From contig JANOQV010000249.1 of NCBI GenBank assembly GCA_031414955.1, forward strand, positions 1-26,955: 26,955 nucleotides of DNA, written 5' to 3'. This DNA comes from Pedosphaera sp. (GTDB lineage: Bacteria; Verrucomicrobiota; Verrucomicrobiia; Limisphaerales; SIBH01). Made by a program: the position numbers and the translations under genes. Below the pieces are notes generated by a model, which saw only the letters and a program-made list of their open reading frames with translations, made no database searches and was not told the DNA's origin. Shown here one piece after another: positions 15,581 to 23,148 of this stretch (positions are counted from its first letter, which is position 1; each line of letters begins with the position of its first letter).

Positions 15581-17107
15581 CTACTTCAGAGCCTGCGCCG
15601 CTCGCAGAGTCACGCTGCTCGCCGCTCCCAATCTTCCGCTTCGATCCACGGCGCGCACGCTCACCGCCTCGGGCGTGGTCGCGCTGCTCCAGGTCGCGCC
15701 TTTCGGGATCACCTGCGTCTGCCAGGCACCGTTCTGTTTCGACTGCACGACCCAGAAGCGCACCTCGGTGGCATTGGTCGTGGACCATGAGAACACGGTT
15801 TTTCCAGCGGTCTCTTTGGCGCTGAGATTCTCGACCGACACTTTCGCGGCACCCACGCCGGGCAGGGCCGGGGCCAGGGCCGCCGGCTGATATTCCGCGC
15901 GCCGGAGCTGCTCGCTGATGCCGCCTTTGTTCTTCATCAGGGCGCTCATGTTCCAGTGAATGTGTCCGCTCACTCCGGCTTGTTGCCGGGTGAGGGCGAT
16001 TTGCCTCGAGATCTCCGTGGTCGGCCAGCCGCTCACACTGGCGGCTTCCAGGCCAGCATTTCCTTTCGCGCTGATGGCCGTGGTGTTTAACCCCGCCACT
16101 ATCGTGCGCTGCCGGGGATTGTTTTCGACCCACCACTTGAGCAACACGGGGAAGCTTTGCGCGGGCGGATCGATGCGCCAGTAAAGTTGCGGCGCGAGAT
16201 AATCGAGCCAGCCTTGCGCCAGCCAGAGCTTCGGATCGGCGTAGAGAGCTTGGAACTGATCCAGTCCTTTGATTTGCGCGGGGAAGCCCGGCCGGTAAAT
16301 GCCGAACGGACTGATGCCCACCTTGACCCACGGCCTGGCCTCGTGAACTTCGCGATACATCCGGGCGATGAAGCGGTTCACATTGTCGCGCCGCCAGTCG
16401 TCGCGCGCGAGCCTGCCGCCGGTGCGTTGATAGGCCGTCCAACTCGCGGTGTCGGGGAAGGGGATTTTCGGCGTCCCCGTTTGCGGTTCAGGATACGGAT
16501 AAAAATAATCGTCAACGTGAACGCCATCCACGTCGTAGCGTTGCACCACATCCAGAATCACTCGCATTGAGTGGTCATGCGCCTCAGCCAGTCCCGGATC
16601 GAGCCAGGCTTGCGAGCCGTAAGTCCGCACCAACTCGGGACGCGTGCGGCTGAGGTGCCCGGCGCTCGCGGTCTTGCTCCCGGTGGAATGCCGCGCGCGG
16701 AAGGGGTTGAACCAGGCGTGAAGTTCCAGCCCGCGCCGGTGCGCCTCGGTCACGGCGAACTCCAGTGGATCCCAGAAAGGATTCGGCGGCTGCCCCTGCG
16801 TGCCGGTGAGATATTCGGACCACGGCTCGAACTTCGAAGCGTAGAGCGCGTCGCAGCCGGGCCGCACCTGCAAGATGATGACGTTCAGCTTGAGCGCGGC
16901 ACACTTGTCGATCAGGGCGAGCAACTCCTGCTTCTGTTCCGCCGTCGTCAAGCCGCGCTTCGAGGGCCAGTCGATGTTGTTCAACGTGGCCACCCACGCG
17001 CCGCGGAATTCGCGCAGGACCGGCGGCGGGGCAATGGTCGCAGGCACATAAGAAGTCGCGCCGTGCAGGCACGCGACAATCAACAGCCAGAGCAGGGCAG
17101 GGCGCAT
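15581..17107 (-). CDS. YddW/GHL10 (DUF187)-like glycoside hydrolase, exported
   Basis: REFRGAWVAT..NIDWPS, LQVRP..DALY.S, ELHAWFNPFRA, DG.H.DDYFYPYP, GISPFGI and DYLAPQLYW, plus an N-terminal signal. Start taken at ATG 17107. Confidence 0.9.
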   Translation of the reverse strand: MRPALLWLLIVACLHGATSYVPATIAPPPVLREFRGAWVATLNNIDWPSKRGLTTAEQKQELLALIDKCAALKLNVIILQVRPGCDALYASKFEPWSEYLTGTQGQPPNPFWDPLEFAVTEAHRRGLELHAWFNPFRARHSTGSKTASAGHLSRTRPELVRTYGSQAWLDPGLAEAHDHSMRVILDVVQRYDVDGVHVDDYFYPYPEPQTGTPKIPFPDTASWTAYQRTGGRLARDDWRRDNVNRFIARMYREVHEARPWVKVGISPFGIYRPGFPAQIKGLDQFQALYADPKLWLAQGWLDYLAPQLYWRIDPPAQSFPVLLKWWVENNPRQRTIVAGLNTTAISAKGNAGLEAASVSGWPTTEISRQIALTRQQAGVSGHIHWNMSALMKNKGGISEQLRRAEYQPAALAPALPGVGAAKVSVENLSAKETAGKTVFSWSTTNATEVRFWVVQSKQNGAWQTQVIPKGATWSSATTPEAVSVRAVDRSGRLGAASSVTLRAAQALK

Positions 17108-17179
17108 CACGGCGGCGATTGACGGAGAAACGGCGGGCCGGTTCAAGCTGCGAAAGCTCGCGCCCCCCTTGCCGCCGCC

Positions 17180-18343
17180 TTACTTAGCGCCGCCCGCCCG
17201 CGCCCCGCTGCGACCGGCGGCGAGCGCGGCCAGTTGCTCGTGCCGGGCTGCCTGACCCAGCCGCGCCAAAGTCTGGGCCGAGGCATAAAACATTTCCAAA
17301 TCCCCGCCGCTGCGCGCGAGCAACTGCTGAAACGCCGGCACGAGATGTTGATAGGTGGCCACCGTGTTGAGATGCGCGTTGTTGAGCGGGCGGCTGAACC
17401 ATGCGTCGTAGCCGGTGTAGCCGCCCCAACTGGTCTTGAGCGATTCATGCTTCGCGCGCAACGCGGCCAGCACTTCGCTCTTGCGCCGGCGTGACTCAAG
17501 TTTCAGAGCCTCCGGGGCCGGGCTGGCGCGCGACATGGGTGCGGGCACCACCTCGTAACCGCGCTCCAGTGCCACGCGCGCCTGCATCACGATGGCCACG
17601 AACTGCTCCTTGCGCCGCACCTCCCGATCGTAATCCATCCGGGCCTTCGCATCCCCGTGCGCGGCCATCCACCGCCGCACGCCCTCCTCCCCGACACAGG
17701 TGGCGAAGGCCTCGTTGAAATCCGTGTCGCCGCTGGCGAAGACCCGCTGATGGGCCAGTTCGTGAAACAACGTCTCGGCCAGGTCCGCCGGCGCATGATG
17801 CACGAAAGTATTCAGCACCGGATCTTTGAACCAGCCCAGCGTCGAGAAGGCCTCCACGCCGCCGACATAAACATCCCAACCCTCCTGCGCCAGCCGCGCC
17901 CCGTGCTCGCGAGCGTCCTGCTCCGCGAAAAACCCGCGATAATCCAGGCGGCCCACGACTGGATACCACCATTGTTTTGGAGCCAGGGAAAACTCCGGCG
18001 CGGCATAAACATTCCAGACCACGAAGGGGCGGCCCAGATCGACATACTTTTCGTAATGCCCGTCCGTCTTCAACTTCAATTCACGGGAGGCGAACTCGCG
18101 CAAGTCGAGCACCAGTTGCAACTGCTTCTGGAGGGCCGGGGCGGTGTTGCTCCGGGCCAGGATCGCGGGGATGGGTTCGCGCTTGGAAAGAATCTCATAC
18201 TGCCCGGCCGCAGCCTGGCGGTAATAGCCCACCGTGTCGCACCCCGTCACGCCCAGCGCGAGCGCCAGCACCAGCGCGAACCACGCGACACAGCCCAGGC
18301 TGCGGCGGCCTGGCGCACGGGCGATTCTTCCCCAAGGGTTCAT
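17180..18343 (-). CDS. Putative zinc aminopeptidase (DUF2265-like), probable lipoprotein
   Basis: Lipobox-like VTG|C, W.YPVVG...YRGFF, AFSTLGWF.DP, FHELAHQ (HExxH), DT.FNEAFAT and LNNA. Confidence 0.85.
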   Translation of the reverse strand: MNPWGRIARAPGRRSLGCVAWFALVLALALGVTGCDTVGYYRQAAAGQYEILSKREPIPAILARSNTAPALQKQLQLVLDLREFASRELKLKTDGHYEKYVDLGRPFVVWNVYAAPEFSLAPKQWWYPVVGRLDYRGFFAEQDAREHGARLAQEGWDVYVGGVEAFSTLGWFKDPVLNTFVHHAPADLAETLFHELAHQRVFASGDTDFNEAFATCVGEEGVRRWMAAHGDAKARMDYDREVRRKEQFVAIVMQARVALERGYEVVPAPMSRASPAPEALKLESRRRKSEVLAALRAKHESLKTSWGGYTGYDAWFSRPLNNAHLNTVATYQHLVPAFQQLLARSGGDLEMFYASAQTLARLGQAARHEQLAALAAGRSGARAGGAK

Positions 18344-18392
18344 ACGTTGACCAAAGACAGCGGCCACCAAACCCCAACCCAGCTCAAAGGCC

Positions 18393-18434
18393 AAGAACCA
18401 AGCGGCTCCAGCAAACGATGTTCGCTGGAGCCGC
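18393..18434 (-). terminator. Probable intrinsic terminator of the 332-aa hypothetical gene
   Basis: 11-bp stem GCGGCTCCAGC/GCTGGAGCCGC (18402-18412/18424-18434), 20 nt after the stop, followed on the minus strand by TTGGTTCTT. Confidence 0.6.
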
Positions 18435-18453
18435 CCCCGCCGAGCGGACTCAC

Positions 18454-19452
18454 TCACGCCGCGAGCAACTGCACATTCGCCGGCCGCTCCACCAGCATGG
18501 CGGCGCTGCCCGCCTCGTTGCCCGTGGTGAGGATCACAAACACCTTCAGCGCGATTTCCGCGCCCGGCTGGTTCAACCCAAACTGCGTGACAAACTCCCG
18601 CTCATCACCCGGCGCATTCGTGGCGATCACCACCGCGTCCTCCGCGTCGTAATGGTCGCCCACCGTGCCGCGCAGTTCATAACGATCCAGCATGGCGTCG
18701 CTCGACGCCGCATAAGCCACCCGGGACGCATTGGGCGCCTGGAAGATCGCGCTGGCATTCACCGCCTCGGGCGTGTGACCCGGCAGCGGCGTCAAGCGCG
18801 GCAGCGTCTCGACCAAATCGGGGAAGGCCGCCAGACGGCCCGGCACCGCTTCGCGATAAAACTTCATCGTCTCGTAGGCCGTGACTTCCATGCGATTGCG
18901 CTTGGCCCGGGCCAGGGTGAGTTCCTGGGCCTTGTCCCGCTCGGTCGCATACGCGAATTGCAGCGCCGCCACCGCGCTGGCAAAGGGACCCTGCTCCGTG
19001 CCGTCGCCCAGCACGATGGGCAAAACGACCCCCGCCGGCGCCGCGCCCTCGTTCAACCTGGCCCAGAGCAGCATCGCATCCACCATCGGACGGGTGAAGA
19101 CTTCCTGACCGAAGGCTACACCTGGCGCCAAAGGCCGCGCCGCGTAGAAATCCGTATTCTGGTAATACCCATCCAGCACGGCGTTGAAGAGATGGAACTG
19201 CGTGAGCAGCGCCATCTTTTGCAGCAGGATGTCACCCCGGGCGATCTGCTGCGCGATCAGGCAGCCCTGCACCAAGTTCTGCTGCGCCTGGAGGGCGTTG
19301 CGTTGCCCCTCGAACTGGGCCTGCGTGACCGCGGTGTTGTTCTCCAGCCGCACCAGCAGGGACTGTGGTGCCAGCACGACGTCGCACTCCGCCCAATGCG
19401 GAAGGAACTCGTTCATGGTGGGGATGTAGGTTGCATTTCCAGTAATGGCCAT
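18454..19452 (-). CDS. Hypothetical cytoplasmic protein (332 aa): helical N-terminal region and beta-rich (FN3-like?) C-terminal region
   Basis: Clean coding-like sequence from ATG 19452, which follows an A-rich leader. No signal peptide. The upstream in-frame extension runs through a repeat and is rejected. Confidence 0.75.
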   Translation of the reverse strand: MAITGNATYIPTMNEFLPHWAECDVVLAPQSLLVRLENNTAVTQAQFEGQRNALQAQQNLVQGCLIAQQIARGDILLQKMALLTQFHLFNAVLDGYYQNTDFYAARPLAPGVAFGQEVFTRPMVDAMLLWARLNEGAAPAGVVLPIVLGDGTEQGPFASAVAALQFAYATERDKAQELTLARAKRNRMEVTAYETMKFYREAVPGRLAAFPDLVETLPRLTPLPGHTPEAVNASAIFQAPNASRVAYAASSDAMLDRYELRGTVGDHYDAEDAVVIATNAPGDEREFVTQFGLNQPGAEIALKVFVILTTGNEAGSAAMLVERPANVQLLAA

Positions 19453-19638
19453 ATGTTTTGTTTTATTTAGTGTTGAACAAATTGGCCATTCCACGCCCGA
19501 GGCACTGGTTTGGCCTGTTGCAGAAGGCATCGGCTTGCACCGGCCAACACTTGAAAAAAAGTTTACTGGTTTTAAGGACGGATTGTTGGATGACAAAAGT
19601 GCCTGCCTATCCGGTTGATTGGCAAAGCCTGAATGACC

Positions 19639-19708
19639 CGGAGCGCCGGCGTCCTTGCCGGCTTTGGTGGTGCGCAGGTCGAAAGCCGGCGAGGACGCCG
19701 ACGCTCCG
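19639..19708. repeat. GGAG-tagged REP-like palindromic doublet
   Basis: CGGAGCGCCGGCGTCCTTGCCGGCTTT (19639-19665) / AAAGCCGGCGAGGACGCCGACGCTCCG (19682-19708), 25/27 complementary. Confidence 0.88.
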
Positions 19709-19894
19709 AACCCATGGCTTTCCCTTTTTGGCAAGCAACCGGACAGGCACACAAAAGTGATTATCTTACTCCACGCCGGCCGCGATTCCAAAGCTGCCTC
19801 TGCCATCGAAGGAGATGCGCCCCGAATTCGAGGTGGTGATCACAACCGCACGAAATCCGGTGGGGCAAGACTCCGCCGGGCCTTCACCTCAAAA

Positions 19895-20188
19895 TGAGTT
19901 GGTTCCGCCCGCCAATGAGCGCACGCCAACCCGCCCTGAGGACCGCCCAACTCACGCTGAGGCGCACCCAACAGTAACTTCCCGCGCCATTTCAGGCCCT
20001 GTCCGCGTCATTTCACGCACTGGTCATCCAAAATTGGGACACGACGGTGCCGCTTCACGCGCTGTTCACGTCATTTCAGGCACTGTCCGTCGCATTTCAG
20101 GCAGTGTGCGTCGCATTTCAGACGCTTTTCGAGCACCCGCATCTGCTGGGTGTCCTGAAATGGGAAAAAGTGGCAAAGAAATGGAACA
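19895..20188. repeat. Degenerate 21-bp tandem array, about 14 units in unbroken phase
   Basis: TGAG at 19895/19916/19937/19958; CATTTCA at 19988/20009/20072/20093/20114; GAAATGG at 20157/20178. Confidence 0.8.
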
Positions 20189-20208
20189 GTCCGGCCGCGT
20201 GAAGCGCC

Positions 20209-20439
20209 TTATTCCCGGGGCAACAACTTTTCCGCGCTGCAACCGAGCGCCTGGCGGAGGCGTGTGGCGGTGGTGATGAGCACGTTGGTTTCCCCGGCTT
20301 CGATTTTTTGCACGTTTCGGATGTCGATGCCGATGAGTTCCGCGAGCCGGGCTTGCGTCATTCCGATCGCATCCCGTTCGCGCCTCACATTGGCTCCGAA
20401 AGTCTTGAGCTGGGCATTGTCGCGCGCAGTTCTGGGCAC
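20209..20439 (-). CDS. XRE-family helix-turn-helix transcriptional regulator
   Basis: FGANVRRER...GMTQARLAELIGID.R.VQKIEAGETN......RL..ALGCS...LL is a classic HTH_3 pattern. Confidence 0.9.
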   Translation of the reverse strand: MPRTARDNAQLKTFGANVRRERDAIGMTQARLAELIGIDIRNVQKIEAGETNVLITTATRLRQALGCSAEKLLPRE

Positions 20440-20577
20440 GCGATATTCCGAAGAAATTTGGGATTGACGGAAACGATACCTTATGGCGTAAGCTCTGGGC
20501 GGTCAGCGCCAGCCTCGGCGCGTCACGACGAAGGCTGGACTCCAGCCCCCGCCCTGTGCCCGGGAACCAAAGGAAAC

Positions 20578-22203
20578 ATGAAAAACAAAATCGCCCGGTT
20601 GGTGGTCGGATTCGTATTTTTATTGGCTCCAGTCGCCCACGCGGCCGATGCGCCGGTGACCGTTTACCCGCATTGGCACCTCGGAAATTCCAGCTTTTTG
20701 CACGAGAATTTCGACTACTCACCGGACACCTACTCCCTCAATTGGATCACGGATTACGCCTACGGATATGGGGTGGTGCAGGAAGAATGGTATTGGCAGC
20801 CCGATTATTTCGGGGACGAGATTTTTCGATACACGCTCAGGTCTTGGACTGATGGGGGCTGGCCGCTGACGGTTCTCGGGGTCGAAACTTGGCACCAGTG
20901 GGGCGACATCACCAACCGTGGGACAAATATCAACCTCGCGCCCCTGAACATCCCGTACGAGTACTGCGCGATGGGCGGAGTCTATAGTTACTTCAATGTG
21001 TGGGGCGAGGCCATCACGGACACTTCGTGGCGCGGGGTCGAAACGCTGCTGGCCTGCAACCCGGGCGGCCCGAACGGTTCCTCCAATATCAGTCTCATCC
21101 GCCTGCAGCCGGTCATTGTCGACCAAACGACAAACCATGCCATTGTGCCGCCAACCAGCATCTATATCGATGGCATCGGCTATTGTGATTCAAACGGCTA
21201 CGCCTATCTAAGCCGGGCAGACAACTCTGCTTTTGGTTGCACTCCCTCTGCGCCCTCCACGTACCTCAACTACACTTTTAGCGTGGGCGTGACCAAAGCC
21301 CCGCTGGAAATCCGCTGGCACGGGACGAACATTGCCGGCCAGACCCACACCGTGATCGTGGGCGAGCAAATCCTGCTGACGTGCGACTGGGATACGACTC
21401 ACCCGAATTTTGCGCCCATCACGAATTTCCTTTGGACGGTGCCCGCTCCGTACGTCGGCAATTTTGTTGCCACGAATTCCACTTCTCTTCTGGTGACAAA
21501 CATCATGCTCACCAATTCAACGGTGAACTTTTATTGGTATCGCCCTGCAACAAACCTTGTCGTTGAGTGTTCAGCCATTAGCCAAGGCCAAACGATGACG
21601 AAAAAGACGACGTTTAATGTGATTGCGCCCTCGTTCACATTCACGATTTGCCCCTCGAATGTCGTGGCATTGGATTCACAATACGGAGATGGTGGCCTTT
21701 ACCTCCACTTCGGTAATATAACTGGCGCACCAGGGATGACTTTCAAAGCGGTACCCAGTTCGTTGGTTGAATCAAATTTCGGTGGCGCATTTATGCAAAT
21801 CATCTCAAGCAGCCAAACCAAACGATGGTCCAGCCCGATCCGACAAATTCGTTCAATCACAAATGCATATGATAATGCTGCGGTAAGCGCGCAAATGACA
21901 AACGGAGCGATAATCATGGAAGACAGCCCGCGGGAGCCGGCCCCGTTGTTTTATGATGGCATCACGCGTCAGGATAATTTTTCTACCTACCTTATGTACA
22001 AAAGTTCTCGCGAACCTTCGATCTATGTGCCTTTGTCCAAGGCTTCATGGTCGTGGGGTGGTGGCGGGACGAATGTCCTTGGTTGGTCGCTTGCTAATGC
22101 GGTCTTTAGCCCTACGAACTGCCAGAATTCTACGAGCTGGCCAGAGTTTCCAGCATGGTCTGGTGCCGCCTGGCTTCAAGTGAATAATTGGACAAACTTC
22201 TGA
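20578..22203 (+). CDS. Secreted hypothetical protein (541 aa), rich in Trp, Tyr, Asn, Thr and Cys
   Basis: AAGGAAAC precedes the ATG; signal peptide MKNKIARLVVGFVFLLAPVAHA|A. No recognisable family. Confidence 0.8.
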   Translation: MKNKIARLVVGFVFLLAPVAHAADAPVTVYPHWHLGNSSFLHENFDYSPDTYSLNWITDYAYGYGVVQEEWYWQPDYFGDEIFRYTLRSWTDGGWPLTVLGVETWHQWGDITNRGTNINLAPLNIPYEYCAMGGVYSYFNVWGEAITDTSWRGVETLLACNPGGPNGSSNISLIRLQPVIVDQTTNHAIVPPTSIYIDGIGYCDSNGYAYLSRADNSAFGCTPSAPSTYLNYTFSVGVTKAPLEIRWHGTNIAGQTHTVIVGEQILLTCDWDTTHPNFAPITNFLWTVPAPYVGNFVATNSTSLLVTNIMLTNSTVNFYWYRPATNLVVECSAISQGQTMTKKTTFNVIAPSFTFTICPSNVVALDSQYGDGGLYLHFGNITGAPGMTFKAVPSSLVESNFGGAFMQIISSSQTKRWSSPIRQIRSITNAYDNAAVSAQMTNGAIIMEDSPREPAPLFYDGITRQDNFSTYLMYKSSREPSIYVPLSKASWSWGGGGTNVLGWSLANAVFSPTNCQNSTSWPEFPAWSGAAWLQVNNWTNF

Positions 22204-23021
22204 TGAAAAAAGCATTTCTACTGGCTGGGCTGTTGGCGTGGACCAGCAATGCGGCCCCTGCGGAAACGGAAATGGCATGGGGAGAACCCGTTAAAGGTAT
22301 CACCTTGGGCTTGGGGGCACCCAAAAAGCAGCAAGGATTGAATTCAGCTATCAGCGTAACTGCTGTGGTTCGGAATGATTCCCAAGAAATGTTACGTCTG
22401 CTGAATTCTCCGGTCGAGGAAGTCTTTCAGATGTTTGGCTCAGGTGCCGACAGGAGGCCGGTGTCGCTGAAACCCCACGAGCCTGTCGGCAGTTTCGGCG
22501 GTACTTACCTGCTCCAGCCCGGCACAAGCGTAGCTTACGAATTGTTCGTTCATGACTTCCTGGTCATCACCAATACCGGTGAATTCGTCTTCACTGCTAA
22601 ACGCCTATTTGCTGATAAGATCGGCGCTCAAGAAGCCGTTTCAGGAAACGTGGCCGTCAAAATTGTTCCAAACGGTTCCACAGAATCTAATGACAACGAA
22701 GTCGTTGGACACCTCACCACAGTGCCATACGCGCGAAGTCCATTTGGCGGTCATATTCATGGCAATACCGGCGCAGTGATTACTGCTGCGGCCAATGCGG
22801 GATCCATTCAGGCTGGAATTGAACGAACGGCGCCCCGTGCAGCGTCGAGTCTCATGGCGCGAACAGAACTTCCAATTCAGGTTAGTGCAGTTCCCAGGCC
22901 GGAAACGGCGGCGCTATCCAGAACACAAAAGCTCGGTAATGGAATCATCATCACGCTTGTGGCCTTGTTGCTCGCCATCCTCTGGCGTGCCTCGCGGCGG
23001 GCCGGGGATCAGAAGCCCTAG
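22203..23021 (+). CDS. Exported hypothetical protein with a C-terminal membrane anchor
   Basis: TGATG overlap with the upstream stop, signal MKKAFLLAGLLAWTSNA, 'WGEPVKG..L' at the start of a beta-sandwich-like domain, and C-terminal TM GIIITLVALLLAILW followed by basic residues. Confidence 0.8.
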   Translation: MKKAFLLAGLLAWTSNAAPAETEMAWGEPVKGITLGLGAPKKQQGLNSAISVTAVVRNDSQEMLRLLNSPVEEVFQMFGSGADRRPVSLKPHEPVGSFGGTYLLQPGTSVAYELFVHDFLVITNTGEFVFTAKRLFADKIGAQEAVSGNVAVKIVPNGSTESNDNEVVGHLTTVPYARSPFGGHIHGNTGAVITAAANAGSIQAGIERTAPRAASSLMARTELPIQVSAVPRPETAALSRTQKLGNGIIITLVALLLAILWRASRRAGDQKP

Positions 23022-23148
23022 CAAGTGTTCCTCAAGCTGAGGTCTCGGCGGCTTACTCCATCACTCCTTGCGAAGCTCGCGCTGTAGCCAGTCCCGGGGG
23101 TAGTCCAGGGGCGTTCGGCGCCGCGTGGCTGCGGGAACTCTCAACCAC

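Noticed and set aside
17657..19470. Long plus-strand ORFs (331 and 497 aa)
   Set aside because: They are Arg/Pro-rich antisense shadows of the aminopeptidase and hypothetical genes.
19560..19640. Possible c-di-GMP riboswitch (GGCAAA / ACAAAAG-like motifs)
   Set aside because: The order, strand and stems do not fit the GEMM consensus.
19895..20188. CRISPR array interpretation of the 21-bp array
   Set aside because: There is no invariant repeat with unique spacers, the period is far too short, and no cas genes are present.
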